A DNA stretch of 63,951 nucleotides, filler included, from Craspedostauros australis (GCA_030167865.1; 14 parts of 14 records of this genome joined end to end with filler, not necessarily neighbours in it); one strand, 5' to 3'. Shown: positions 12,947 to 26,247, numbered from the whole stretch's first letter. Made by a program: numbers and translations. Notes: generated from the sequence alone by a model not told the origin.

Positions 12947-15851
12947 CATCCTCCATTTTTTTCTTTTCGGAGAACCTCAAAACCAACACACAAGCTTGGA
13001 GAATCACATCGATGCTGGCAGACATGGCGTTGACCACAGACAGCGCTGTTCCTGACACTACCAGCATCGTACCTTCATGAAGAATCGGACGATGGATCAT
13101 TATGCCACATCAGGATATCAGCGCAGAGCTTTCAGGAATGCAATCCGATACTGCAATTTGTGTAACTTCTCTTGAATTGACGCCAGTGGATCCCCGCAAC
13201 GAGTCCACCGATTACCAAGCAACACAGAAGCGAAACAAGAGCTTGACAAAGGCCTTGCCGATACACTCGGCGGCCTCACCTGCAACATGATCAACGCCAT
13301 CTCCAACAAAGGGGCGAACGCGATTTTGCTGACATCCAGACCCCAACATCCGCCAAAACAGCAACTGCGAACCCCCTTCGTTATCCATCTGCCTCTCTGT
13401 TGGTGCCGATTCCACATCTCCACCAGCGCCAACAGGGTTGCGACCAATCCACACTTCGCCATTCCGACGGCTACAGCAAGAGAACGAACCACACAACAGA
13501 ACAAAATGGACACAAGCTGCGGATTGGTGATTACCGATGCATTCACAACACGACTGTTCAATCACATCGCACACAAAGTGATCCCACACTACGTCACTGT
13601 GGCCAAAGAGACTCCCAAAGCGGGTGGAACCCGTCATCGTTGCGGTTCTCTCTCTGTCTCACCACTCGTATCTCGTGCATCTCACATCTCCAACGCTGAT
13701 CCATCTACTCAACCAAATTGCACGCCGATTCGTCGGGCAGAACCAGCAACTACTGCACTCTGAGCGATCGCACGCGCAATGCGGTTCCGCTCACATCTCT
13801 CGAGAGGCTGCATGCATATGGTCACAATGCTCGTGTGTTGACACATTTGTAAACTGTTCCATGGGTAAACGCTCTTGCGACCAATCAAGCAAGCAAATCA
13901 TATAATACCATTCAATCAAAGCGCGTGGATGGAGGCAACAAAATGAGTACTACTACATGTATACTAACCGATGGTATCTCCCGCGTCTTCAACTGCACAT
14001 ACAGACACGCAGAACGAACGATAGCGATATGAATATAATAGAGTACCCTGCACTGTGTCAACTCACCCAATATGCTCGCTCGTGGAATGGAGAGACAACA
14101 GCATCGCCACATCCTCATCGAGGCACCGAATGAAGTCTCACCGCTCTTTAGACTTGGGGCGATCACAAGAGCGATGCGATTATATGTGCGGACGTTTTAG
14201 TTCCATAAGGTACACTACCACCTCTCCTGTTAGAATGTGACCATCTCCAGCAAAGTAAAAAATGATGTAAATTTGTGTACTAGAGTGGTAATGTACGAGA
14301 AATGCCTGCGCATAGCCTTCACCGATTGCCTTCGAACATACGACATAGCTCGTCTGCCCCAAGCATGGTAAACGTGCCAGCCATCATATCATCGCCAAGT
14401 GCCGGTCCTGCTTCGAATTCGCTCTCTGACAGCAGTTCGAATGCTTCAAGCTCCAAGCTGCAGCCATCAGAGGAATCTGACACGGGCGCGTGGAGAAAGC
14501 TGTCCAGCAAGAAGTGATCGTTTTCGTCACTGGTGTTGATGAACTTCTTGGGTTCTTGCTTCATTTCATGGCTTTCGTGATTGCCGAAGCTGTCAAAAAA
14601 GGCTGGATGAGACTCGCCATTGTCGACCATTATGTTCGACACTGACAACACAGCGTTTGCATCACTATCGCGGACAACCAAAGGAGCATCCTGCGCTGCA
14701 CTTTCACACTTCGAAGGGAGATTGTGGCTCTCCGTGCTAACAGTGTGCTCCAAATGATGGTCAAAGGCTACGGGTTGGTGGCTGTGGAGGTTGCTGCATT
14801 GCTCTTCGTGCATTGCCATTACGCTGTCTTTGCTGGTGTTGCTTGTACCATGGTAGTTTGCGACATTTGTCATCTGCTGTATCACCGGCGTGGCCAGTAT
14901 GCCCGAACTCGGGACTTGAACCGTCGTGATTGGAACATCGCGGCTTCCAGCATCCAGTTGGTGGTGGTTGGGAGCCTGAGTGCCCAACGGGGGCATAGGA
15001 GCAGGAGCGATTGGCACCAATTGGCGACGGGGATTCGGCTTCGGCTCTAACGGTGTTGGAACGGAAGGGTCGAAGGCCGCATTCGCGGTCATTGAGGAAT
15101 CTCCCACGGAAATTATTGAGCTGGACTGTTGGAGGGTACCCAGCTGCTGCTGTTTGAAATGACAGAGGCCACAGAACTTCGGGTTCTTGTTGGGGACTTT
15201 TTTGATCTTGGTCCTCACCATGCTATGGCTCAGCATTGGTGCGCCTCGGACGAACAGATGGTGGAAGTCTGGAGTGGACGATATGACATGGGAGGGTGGA
15301 AGGGTAGGAGGATCCAGATACATACAGGTCGGAGGATGAGGTCGAAGGATAAAGTCGAGGGATCGTGTGAGCCATGGGAGAGTAACATAGGGTATGGTGA
15401 TGCAGTAGAGGAATGGATCATGCAGTACCGTACACGCAAGTGAAATAGCAGTACATTGATCCTCCGGAACAGATCGGGACACAAGGCGACGCTGGACGAG
15501 ACACAACAAGCCAAACGAGAGCGTGGTGCGAACAGAAGCCCCACATTACAACAGACTCGATCCAACACAGCTCAATCACACCCAGTTGAACTTACATGAT
15601 CCTTTCAGCGCCTTGCCGCAGCACGGGCGGCACGTGCTGAAGCCCCAAAGGTTGAGCGATCTGACGAAGCTCTTGTACTTGGACTGGCGCACGTACTTCG
15701 GCAAGATCATCTCGAGGAAGAGCTTGCGCTGATGCACCTTGAAGACACGACCGCATGGCATCCAAGAGATGACGGAGGTGAGACCATCCCTCTCGGCGTC
15801 TGCGAGTAGCTTGTGCAGCATCCATGGGAACTGGGGCTCTCCGCCTCTGTA
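12947..15851 (+). repeat. Apparently exact copy of 8525-11429 (2905 bp), the shared part of two contigs
   Basis: Same sequence and ORF track at offset 4422. Both copies start at a contig edge, and identity ends after ...GCCTCTGTA. Confidence 0.95.
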
Positions 15852-16094
15852 AGTTTTTGGGGTGCTTGTGCTGCCTGCACCCTTCTTCTTTCTTGACTTT
15901 TGTGTGGTCTTCCTTTTTGGTGGAATTTTCGTGGGTGCTTGTGGATCTCGTGGAGCAGCAGCTCTGGCATGTGCAAAGTCGGGACGGACTGCACTGCAGC
16001 AGTTGACAGGGAATATGGGCGGACTTTGTTGAGGGGCCGGGTCCATTACTGTCCCGGAGTACGTCTGCATGGGTTGGGGTGCCTGCGTATACAT
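14319..16094 (-). CDS. HSF: Heat-shock-factor-type transcription factor, variant B; complement(join(14319..15268,15596..16094))
   Basis: DNA-binding domain and C-terminus identical to variant A. N-terminus is homologous but diverged (MYTQAPQPMQTYSGTVMDPAPQQ vs MNTQTFQPIQMQSGTALGPAPQQ). Confidence 0.88.
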
Positions 16095-18958
16095 CTTAGC
16101 GGAGGTGTTCGTAGACTCTGCGGTTCAGGTGGATGTGAGAGGTGCGGTGCAGTGTAGTGCTGTGGACTGTTGTTGTGGTTGTTGCTGTTTGTTTGTGGTG
16201 GTAGTTGCGGCGATGCCTTGCCTTGTGTGTCTTGCGATGTGTTGTGTTCTGTTTTTGTGCTATCTGGGCGTGCTCTGTTTTGTGCCGAGATCGAAAGGAT
16301 GGGTGCAATGCTCGAAGATGGTCTTCTTGTGTGCCAGTGTTGTGAGAAATCGGATCGACTACAGAGACGCGACGCGCAATGTTGAAACGGAGGGAGCGAA
16401 ACGCTGGCAGGGGAAGGATCGAGATGAAGAGACGACACACGAGCGATTGGAAGTGCGGATAAAGAGCGGCCGGTTGATGGTGGTTGTTCTGTTGATGGAT
16501 CGTGACCTGGGTGGATGCGGATTTAGTTGTGGTTGTGGTTGTGGCTGTGGGAGCGGATAAGGATGTATCGAAGATTCGGAGATTGGCAAAGTCTTCGTGT
16601 TTTCGTTTTGTGTGGTTTGATTTTGTGCGGAATCTCAGAGGAGCGGAGGACGAGGCAAGATATCAGTGGGCCTCCGCAGATTCAACAAACATGGGTGGTC
16701 GCGACGCCTTGGCGGTCAACCTCCCTCACGGTTGCATCCGTAGCCGATACTCTGGTGCGTGGATTCCTGCGTGCAGGAACAAGCACCAAATCCACACAAA
16801 GGAAAGATTTGCGAATCAGCTCAGCACCGTTGTTGGCAGAAACGGCTTACAGTCCACCAAGCGTGAATACAAACGGAAACTTTTCGGGAGATCTGCAGGC
16901 AACATCATCACGACATGAAAGCGGTACTTGCGCTCGTTTGCGATTGGCGCTGGTATCTGCGAGGAGAGGAGTTCAAGTACGACCTACAAAACCGCGTTGA
17001 ATCATGCGCGGCATCAAGGCCAACCCCACAAAAGTACGAGATTTATTGATCGGCTCCAGTTTCTCACGCCAATCCCCATCGGGCGGACCACGGATGGGTC
17101 CGCGCAATAACACAACGAGCGAATGGGAAGACTTTTATCACAACGAAGACTTCGTCCTCAACGTCACTGTTGCTCCCACTTTAGAGAATGAGTGGTTGGC
17201 AACGTGTGGCACGCATTTGTGAGCACAAGTACTGAGAGTGTAACCATGTGCAAAACGGCACACGCACGTCACACACACAACCAAAGTCACGAATTTATCT
17301 CGGTAGTTGTCTCTTCTGTTGTACGCGTATGAGCCTCAAAATCGCTATTAGCGCCTTGGCGTGTAGGACTCTAAGTGTCACTGTGTTTGGGAATGGAGAG
17401 GTCCACGCTCCAGCAACGCACAGTGGGTTGCGAAGAAGAGGAAAACGTCATCATGGGGACATTTCGTTTCGCATGGATCTCTCAGTTCTGGTCACGTTTT
17501 GTTTTGCAGCTTCCATCACGCGGTACTGCAAGAACATGGCTCGCTCGTGGGTCTCCACGAGAGATGATACATCACAGGCAGCTAGTGCTTGCAAGACTAG
17601 GACAGGACTACAAATAGATCGTTATTCTGGCCATAATCACAACACACAACCACGAGGCCTCGGCGGTTGTGTCACTGCGAGCCTTTGAGTCTCGGAGGGC
17701 ACTTTGGTCAGCAATGAAAAAAACAAGACTATTTATTGCTGACGCCGCTTTTTCTCCACCTCGCGCTGCTGGTGAATATCGAGGCGAAGGCTCGCGAACC
17801 TTCCAAGGGCCTCCAATGCGAAATAAGCCTTGTTTTTCTCACGGCTGCCTCAACAGCTTTGTCTGTCGTTACCGGTTTCTTTGGTCGTAGCCTTGCAAAC
17901 AATCAGTCCACGACAGGAATGCTGATGACGTGTTGGCTCCCAAGTGGACGGGATCGAGAATCTCAGTGACGCTCGATGGTCGACCACTCTACACTACTAT
18001 GTATCAGAACGATAAATGGAGTCGCGGACAATGATTTGGAGATAAACGCGGCTCGGGAATGCTGAAATCTGGTGAGGGTGGAACCAGAAACACAAAGATC
18101 TACCACTGTGTTGATGGAAAAAACGAAAAATCGTCTCATTCGGAAGCCAACCGAGGGAATAGCACCACTTCTGTCTCATCACCAAGGCCGAAGGGTTTCC
18201 GTGGACCTGTCGTGAGAAGCGACAAAAGGGAGGTTGTGTCTCCTCTTCGGCTGTTCACAGTGGATACCACCTGCCAGAGACGAACCAGAAAAAGGAGTCA
18301 GCTCGCCACTCCCGCGTTCGTCTCCCAACAAATTCACCAAGAGTGAGAGTGAGAGAGTGATTGTAGGGAAGTGAGTAGGAGCACACACACACAGACTCTC
18401 TCTCTCCCTCCCTCCCTCTTCAGACAGAGTGAGAGAGATAGACAGAGATCTGCACTATGTGACGGTTACGACTATGAGCTCGTGCCCTTGGCAACCACCA
18501 AGATCTATCTTGGTGGCTGAATTCGGAATGGCGCGACGAAACGCAGGCGAGTGATCCAATCGGTGCCCAGAAAGCGTGCACAAATGACACTGGAGGGAAC
18601 CATCCGTGATTCACAACGCCAGCGAAAAGAACGCGACTAAGACGACGTGGAGAAACCTGGTGCAGACGCAGCCATGGGGCCACCCATTTGGTCTGGGGAG
18701 AGAGAGTGCCACGAACCATGGTGTTGCTTGACATTGGAAAACGCATCATGGTGCACAGCAGTGTCGCATGCAGAGACAAGGATTATACTACGAGCAATAT
18801 ATTGTGGATGCATGGCGGTAGTCAAAAGTAGGCTAGCGAAGGAGACAACGAGGAGATTGGATACACGGCCACAGAGATCTATTACGAGAACGGAACGGGA
18901 AGCTACGAATGCCATCCGTTCGTCATCATCATCGCCATTGTTGTCGCAGTCGTCGCAT

Positions 18959-20758
18959 TCACCTCCCACCCGATTCCATGTGCCGCTGCAGCTCTTGGCG
19001 GGCTATCAAATCTCGTTCCTGCTCTTTGACTTTAGATTCAAATGTGTCAATGTCATCACCGCCATCAACGCTCTTTCCATTGAGCGAGTCCCGACCAGAT
19101 CGCAGATCGACTTCGTTCATCAGCATTTCCCCACCGTCGCTGACTCCGTAGTAATCCAACGTATTGTCATCTGCGTCCAATTCGATCGGGAATGCATCCG
19201 CCTGTGTCCGATAATGCAGGCTGATCAGGTCTGTGTCCAGCCCAAAGTACCGCGAACACAGCGCCTTCAATCGCCCGACTGTCAAACTACCTGGCAACCG
19301 ACGGACAAGCGGTTCCATGCTGCAGCTGCTGGCCGCCATGGAACGGACCATGAGGTTGGCAACTGTCGCGGACAAGGTCGAACCGCCGCTGCCACTCGCC
19401 CCACCCGCAGTGGAGTTGGATGCTGCGGCGATGACATCCCGGTGCTCATCTTTGAGCGTGTCATACTGCGGATGCTTTGCCAGCAACGATTGTCGGTTGC
19501 TTTCTCTTGTCGCTTCATCAGGTTCAAGACTGGTTGATTGCAATAACCTTGTGACCATTGATACGTACCGTCGCTCTGCCTCCTTTCTTTCGTTTGTGGA
19601 TACCAGCGACGCATTCAAGTAGCTGAGAGATGGGAACTGTGCGATTGCCATGGATCGTGCTTCGCCTTGCCCCATGGTGGAAGTCAGCGGGGTATTCTTC
19701 AGCCGCAACGATTTGATCCCAAGTGAATGGACGCCGCGCATATCCTCCCATCGTGCTATCTTCGTTCCAGCAATCTGTAGCGACAGCAGAGACACGAATG
19801 CCTGCTCCTGAGATCCAACCGTGGCATTCTCATCTACCGGAATGGGCGTGAGCGCGTTATCATCCAAGCTCAGATGCGCCAGATTGGGGAACGAGCCAAA
19901 TTTCGATATCTGCGCCATCCAATCCGTCAGATTGCAACTCGAGCAATCCAGCAACCGCAGCTGTCGGAACGACCCGTCATTCAGGTTCACTGTTTCGAAG
20001 TCCAGCATATCTGACAGATCTGACAGGTCGGAATGGGCAATGCACAGCTCCTCCAGATTCGGCATGGTCCGCCCGATCCACGCCATGGTTCGGCTGGTGC
20101 TGATCTCGCATCGATTCAGATTGAGCGTCTTGATTTGATGCAGGGCGGGCGGAAGCTGCAGATCACGCGGTTGCATTTGAGCGTGCATGTCCCGAATGCG
20201 GTTGGATGCCACGCTGAAACACTCGAGGTTGGGAAAGCAACGGATGATCTCCATCACCATCTTCCAGTTGGACATGAGATTGCCTGCCAAGTCGATGTCG
20301 GTGATGTGTTGAAAGTCTTGCAACTCTTGCTGCGAGCAGCATTTGGAAATTCCTTCGCATCGCAGCGAGATCTTGTGGATCTGCCCCAGCTGCTGCTGCC
20401 TTCGGATCTTCATCTCTCCCAGAAACTCCACGGGCTTGTCGCGGCCGCTGGAGGTCTGCGCGACATGCGGCAGGAGATTGTTCGGCGCCACCAGCGGAGC
20501 ATCCATCTCGACGTACTTGGACTTGAGCATCTCCGCGTCTAGAATGGCGCCCAGATCGACCTTGCTGAGCCGCAGGAAGCTACCCTGCGTCGGTCCGCAG
20601 CTGAAGTGCCTCACGAGCTGGTTCGTGCGTCGGCAGATGACGGACCCGTCATGCTTGCCACGGCTCGCATCGTCCCATCTGATCCCAGCGTAGATCTCTT
20701 CGCTGTTCTTGGCGCTTGCCACCGTGCCGACGTAGACGACCGTGCCGCAGAATCCGTC
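18959..20758 (-). CDS. TBCE: Tubulin-specific chaperone E (CAP-Gly + LRR + ubiquitin-like); 5'-partial at the contig edge
   Basis: CAP-Gly motif GTVVYVGTV...YAGIRWDDASRGKHDGS. LRRs (IDLAGNLMSNW, LSLDDNAL). ERKEAERRY. C-terminal UBL (RRLPGSLTVGRLKALC...LDYYGVSDG). Confidence 0.93.
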   Translation of the reverse strand, partial: DGFCGTVVYVGTVASAKNSEEIYAGIRWDDASRGKHDGSVICRRTNQLVRHFSCGPTQGSFLRLSKVDLGAILDAEMLKSKYVEMDAPLVAPNNLLPHVAQTSSGRDKPVEFLGEMKIRRQQQLGQIHKISLRCEGISKCCSQQELQDFQHITDIDLAGNLMSNWKMVMEIIRCFPNLECFSVASNRIRDMHAQMQPRDLQLPPALHQIKTLNLNRCEISTSRTMAWIGRTMPNLEELCIAHSDLSDLSDMLDFETVNLNDGSFRQLRLLDCSSCNLTDWMAQISKFGSFPNLAHLSLDDNALTPIPVDENATVGSQEQAFVSLLSLQIAGTKIARWEDMRGVHSLGIKSLRLKNTPLTSTMGQGEARSMAIAQFPSLSYLNASLVSTNERKEAERRYVSMVTRLLQSTSLEPDEATRESNRQSLLAKHPQYDTLKDEHRDVIAAASNSTAGGASGSGGSTLSATVANLMVRSMAASSCSMEPLVRRLPGSLTVGRLKALCSRYFGLDTDLISLHYRTQADAFPIELDADDNTLDYYGVSDGGEMLMNEVDLRSGRDSLNGKSVDGGDDIDTFESKVKEQERDLIARQELQRHMESGGR

Positions 20759-21627
20759 NNNNNNNNNNNNNNNNNNNNNNNNNNNNNNNNNNNNNNNNNN
20801 NNTTAATTAATTAANNNNNNNNNNNNNNNNNNNNNNNNNNNNNNNNNNNNNNNNNNNNACATCTCCATCTCCATCTCCACCTCCATTCGAATGGTCGCAG
20901 TCACCACCATCCAAAGCTCACTTGATGCTGCACGCTCCATCATCTGCTGTCTTCATACCATACGCATACGCATACTTGTGCACCCAACCGTCCAACCACT
21001 CAACCATCCAACCACTCAACGATCCTATCACCATCTGGAACCATCCAAGACAGGGATGAGTCGAATGAGCAATGACATGTCGGTGGTTGGGATTGTTGAC
21101 GCGCATCATGTTGTTGCTGCCATGCAACACGGGCTTTGATGGGTGCAAGGGAGTGGCCAACGGTTTCCATCCCCTCAATGGCAGCAGCACTGTTGGCAAT
21201 GTTGCCAAGCCAGACACATGGATCTGCACAACTCCGCCAACTTCGGGTTTCGGTGTGATTATCCATGCGAGCGGCATCCTCCTGCGACCCCGAGCTGACA
21301 ACAGAGGAAGGACACAAGCAGATCGATTCAGATGCGCAACTTCCACGCGAATTCGTGCACAGCGACGGTCTATGGGAGAAGAGGATGGCGCACCATCACC
21401 CCAGGCGCATGATCCACTCATTCATGGAACGATGGAAGCGGGAGATGCACCAATCCAACTGAAAGAAGATGGACTTTGGAATGACGAAATGAGGATGAGT
21501 ACTAGTTTGGAAGTACAGAAACAACTTGGGGAGGACAGAAGCGCACTTCACCACAGCGCGCCATATTGGAGAGCAATCGACAACGAGTACATCAATCAGC
21601 TTTACGAACAGCGTGGCATCAACGGAG

Positions 21628-24280
21628 ATGATACAAGCCTCCAAACACTCTGCGTACAAACACATGTCCCAAGTTCCAGAATCCGAATTCTCCACCTTCA
21701 TTGGACAGCAGCTCATGGATGTGGCATCCGGGGACAACGCCGCAGCCAAGACATCCTCCAAGCTCACGCTGGGCCACCTCATGGCGGGCCTGCAGGACAC
21801 GAGGGGCTTTTCCGATCTGCAAAAGACCATGGCTGCCGACAGTCGCAGCAGCGACGTGCAGACCACCCTCGCTCCCATGGCGCACGTCAAGGCCAACCGT
21901 CTGCAGTGCAAGGAGGCCTGCGGACAGCAAAAAAAGGAGATGGGCGGCTGGACGCAGGCCATCCAGACCAACCGCAAGGCGGAGACCTTGGACTTCAAGG
22001 CCAACACGGGTGCGCATCGTGCCGAAACCAGCGTCACGAAGGACACCTTCGTCGACAAGTTCGAAGCGTCCAACGACTTTGAACGCGATCTGGAGCAGGC
22101 CCTGGAGGAGCAGGCCAAGCAGCAGGAGGTTGCCGAAGGTAAGGCCGGCAAAGGAGGAGGCGATGGCTTTGATGACAACAACGACACCGACGATGACGAC
22201 GATGATGACGATGACGACGATGACGACGATCTTGGACGAAATGAGATCACCATGGAGGAATACAAGCACCGCCACGCTCAGCTGGCGCAGGTCCGCGCCT
22301 TGCTGTCCTACCAGGAGCAGAAGAGTCAGTACATGAAGAAGATCAAATCCAAGACCTACCGCCGCATCCGCAAGTGCCAGCGCGAACGCCAAAAGGAGAA
22401 GGACATGGAGGCGGCCATCGAGATCAACCCACAGCTTGAATTGGAGCTGCAGGAAAAGGAGGAGATGGAACGCATCCGGGAACATCTCACCTTGGTGCAC
22501 AAGAACACCAGCAAGTGGGCCAAGCGCATTCTCAAGCGCATTCTCAAGCGCGGCAAGAACGTGGATCTGGCCACGCGCCGTGCTCTGTCGGCGCAGCTCA
22601 AGCGCGGCGATGAGCTCCGGAACAAGATGATCGGCAAGGATGGCAGCGACGGTGACGACGATGATGATGGCAGCATGGGCGAAGACGGGCTGATCGTAGC
22701 GGCCAAGCGGACGCTGTCCGAAATTGAGAATCACGATGTGGACAGCGCCATACCCAACAAGAACAAGGGACTCTTCAAGCTATCCTTCATGCAAAAAGTT
22801 TGCAGAAACAACGTGAGAAGGCACAGCTGGAGGCCAGGGAGCTGCTTCAGGATCTGCAGGAAGGCACTGCACGCGATAGGGATGACTTTGATGACACCAA
22901 CAATGACTTTGGAGATGATGATGGTGATGATGATGATGCAGTGGCCGCCACCGCACCCAAGAAGCAAAAGACCGTGGCCAGCCAAAGGAGTTGAGCACAG
23001 TCCTCAACAAGGGCCAGCTCTTGACGAATTGTTTGGAATTTGGAAACTCCAATGTCGTCATGATGAACGGGGGAATCGACGTCATGGCAGATGATGACTT
23101 TGATGACTGTGATGACCATGATGGTAGCAACGGTGACAATGTCGAAGAAGCCGCACGGAAAGCAAAGTCCTCATCGCCGTCATCGTCGTCGTCGTCACAG
23201 TCCGGTGAGAAGAAACCATCGCATTCGGAAGATGGGGCCGTCTTCGGGATCACTTCCGCAACAACATCTACGGTCAGCAACGGCGAGACAGCCGCAGCGA
23301 AGGGCAAAAACGGCAACGTCAAGAAACCAAAGAAGCAACAGAAGAAGGACGCGAACAACAGGTCCACACTACCAATAGAACACAAGCACAAGGACAGTGC
23401 CAGCGGTGATGACGAGAAGGAGAATCCCTGGATGAATGCTGACAAGAGTGTCAGCAACTCGACGTCCAGCAAAGTTGCCGCACGTGCAATGGCGTCCATC
23501 ACGGTAGTCACGACCATGGGAAGTGGCGCCAACGACAAGCAGCGCAAGGCAACTGCAGTGCCGGCTATTGATGCTGACGAAAACAACGTACATCATGACG
23601 ACGACGACGACAACAACAACGACGATGCTGATGGCGATGCAATGGTCGATCCAAACACATCCAAGCATGGCAAATCGCAGACACAATCGACGACAGCGAA
23701 ATCGATCGCCGACATGACACAAGACGAGCTCGTCCGACAGGCTTTCGTCACCTCGACGCAGGACGAGGCTGTGGCAGAGTTCGAGGCCGAGCGGGAGGAA
23801 ATGGAGCAGCGCAATGATCCCGCCCGCAAGACAATCGACAAGAGGGATGCCAAGCTCACCAACTCACGCGGTTGGGGATCCTGGACTGGCGACGGCGTGA
23901 AGATGCCACCGCCCCCACCTGCCTCCAAATCCAAGCGAAACAAGAAGCGTGGCGGCAACAAGAAATCTGCCGCATTGTCCTCCATGCTGAACGGCAGCGA
24001 TTCTCACAAACGCAAACAAACACGCCCCAACGTCATCATCAACGAGAAACGAATCAAGAAGACGGCCAACGCCTTCATGGTGGGCGACGTCTCTTTCCCG
24101 TACAAATCTCGCGAGGAATACGAGCTGGCCATGGCAGGCGGCATGGGCAAGGAATGGAACGTGGGAAGCTCCGTCAAGGACATGACGCGACTGGAAATCC
24201 TGAAGCGATCCGGCAAGATCATCCAACCAACCTCAAAGGGCAAGAAGCTTGCCACCGCCAGAGGTCCGGTGAAGCTCTAA
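21628..24280 (+). pseudogene. UTP14: Disrupted UTP14 (U3 snoRNA-associated protein 14) copy
   Basis: UTP14 motifs WTQAIQTNRKAETLDF, KKIKSKTYRRI, HKNTSKWAK, GWGSWTGDG, NVIINEK and FPYKSREEYE...GKEWN lie in three frames. Frameshifts near 22798 and 22983. 12-nt tandem duplication at 22522-22545. No recognisable UTP14 N-terminus. Confidence 0.85.
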
Positions 24281-24759
24281 ATGCATGTATTACATAACAA
24301 TACTGAATTACTCTCCAATACTCAACAGAGGAGTGAGAGCATTCACACATACAACTATCACATGTGGTCATCTCCACAATGAGGTTCGTACGCACGCTTG
24401 CAGTGCTGGCCACACATACTCTTCTCTGATCTCTCAAGACCATGGAGGCAACGCAACCACCAAGGCAGGACGAAGTCGGCAAGCGAGGCTTTCGAGATGC
24501 AGCTGCAGGTGACTGCGTCAGGATTCACGTCGACATCCGTCACAAATCTCCGTTTCATGTCAGCATGACGCCCAACGACATGAAANNNNNNNNNNNNNNN
24601 NNNNNNNNNNNNNNNNNNNNNNNNNNNNNTTAATTAATTAANNNNNNNNNNNNNNNNNNNNNNNNNNNNNNNNNNNNNNNNNNNNACCGATATTCCACAT
24701 CGCTTGACATGTATGTACTTACCTTGTGTTCTTGGATCAACTGATGCATTCTGATTCCA

Positions 24760-26013
24760 TCATTCTGTGGAGTGGTCACGACGTTCAGTCTTGTCCTGGA
24801 GGAATCTCGCCAGCATTTGCATCATGGATTCGATGCTTGTGTTGAGCGCGGCCTGTCGATGGGAGCGCTCCTGTTCGAAGAGGCGAGACTCGGCCAACCG
24901 ATGATCCTCGAGGCGACGCGATTCCGCCATCTGATACTGTTGATGAAGACGAAGCTGCCGCCTTTCCTCTGCCTCCACGGCTGCTCTTGCCTCCTGGCGC
25001 TCCTCTGCAGCTCGCTGCAAACGAATGAGTTCGGAAATGCTGCTGCTGATATCTGGGGCTGCACCATTGGTAGTTGCGGCCGTGGGTGAAGGATTGTCCA
25101 TGCGTGCAAGGAGGGCTGCACGCGACTCCATCAGCTTCTCAACCAATGCTGTGGTTTGCTTTGTTGCATCCCACACATCTTGTTGCTTCTGCTTCTTCGT
25201 AGGCTGTCCCACAGCAGCCTGCTTCTGGTCGTTGTCAGCTGGAGGCTGGCGCGGTGTTGCTTTCTTTCGGCGGTTGAGCATAGCAAGCTGCATTTCCTCA
25301 GCTGCTTCTTCTCCCAGCTTGGCACGAGCCGCTGCCTTCTTCTTGTTGAGCTTCAAGGAGCTGTGGTGCTCCTGCAACACTGAAAGCTTCTTCAAATGAG
25401 GAGTGCATGGCTCATTGTCTTGCCCACTGCGATGTGGGGCAAACTTGTTGAACTTGACCACCATCTGCATCAGAGAGTCGAAGCGGTACTGGTATCTGTT
25501 CATCTTGGGCTTGGAGTTGCTTGCTTCCACTGGAAAGGGCTTGAACAAATCTGGGTAAGTCTTCTCCAGGTGCTTCGCAACAGCCTCCCAGGATTCACTG
25601 ACACGCTTCTCCCATGGCTTTGGCTCCAATGACATGATGTGGTCGATGAGGATGACATCGGCCACCTTGGGGTCTTGGAACCAGGGGTAGCGACCATCTT
25701 TGGTGATGTAGATGAGACGAGGATTGCGTTGAACCTTGACAGTCCTGGTGTTGTTGCTGGGAGTGACAATGCGGCAAGGAGCAGAGATGGCCTCTGGAGA
25801 TGATGGTGCAACGGTTGCTCCATGAGAGTTGGTTGGGGCAGGTTTGAGGAAGGCCGTAGCGGCGATGTTGGATACGTCTTGCACAGCAGCAGCACCATTG
25901 CCGCATCGAATGGGAGGGGACGATGGAGGCTGGTTTACAATGTCCACATTCTCATCTTTGTCACAAGAGGTGGACGTTGGAATCGATGAAGAAGAGGTTG
26001 GAATCTTGACCAT
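24760..26013 (-). CDS. Myb/SANT-like (trihelix) DNA-binding protein with a coiled-coil tail, of the type encoded as the accessory ORF of PIF/Harbinger transposons
   Basis: DVILIDHIMSLEPKPW...SWEAVAKHL...YQYRFDSL...HRSGQDNE followed by charged helical segments. Start is uncertain: the ORF is open to 26253. Confidence 0.62.
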   Translation of the reverse strand: MVKIPTSSSSIPTSTSCDKDENVDIVNQPPSSPPIRCGNGAAAVQDVSNIAATAFLKPAPTNSHGATVAPSSPEAISAPCRIVTPSNNTRTVKVQRNPRLIYITKDGRYPWFQDPKVADVILIDHIMSLEPKPWEKRVSESWEAVAKHLEKTYPDLFKPFPVEASNSKPKMNRYQYRFDSLMQMVVKFNKFAPHRSGQDNEPCTPHLKKLSVLQEHHSSLKLNKKKAAARAKLGEEAAEEMQLAMLNRRKKATPRQPPADNDQKQAAVGQPTKKQKQQDVWDATKQTTALVEKLMESRAALLARMDNPSPTAATTNGAAPDISSSISELIRLQRAAEERQEARAAVEAEERRQLRLHQQYQMAESRRLEDHRLAESRLFEQERSHRQAALNTSIESMMQMLARFLQDKTERRDHSTE

Positions 26014-26103
26014 GGTGAAGTTTCGCGACGGGATGAGTTGGAGTATGTGTGAAATTGAATCATAGAAACAAATCGGGTTGGCATGGAGCAATGCAGTGAA
26101 TGA

Positions 26104-26247
26104 TTGCATTTGATGCAATGGAGAAGGAGTTGTCATGCTGTCAGGGAAAGACGATGAAACGGATGTGTTGGATAGTTGCATTTGATGCGACTGAGAAGGA
26201 GTAGTCGTGTTGGAAGCAAAGGACGATGCAACGGATGCGTTGGAACA
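26104..26247. repeat. Two diverged tandem 72-bp units
   Basis: TTGCATTTGATGC...GAGAAGGAGT...GACGATG.AACGGATG.GTTGGA starts at both 26104 and 26176. Confidence 0.8.

Noticed and set aside
18647..19537. 296-aa plus-strand ORF and similar long antisense ORFs (21619-22734, 36595-37332)
   Set aside because: Shadows of real genes on the opposite strand in GC-balanced coding DNA.
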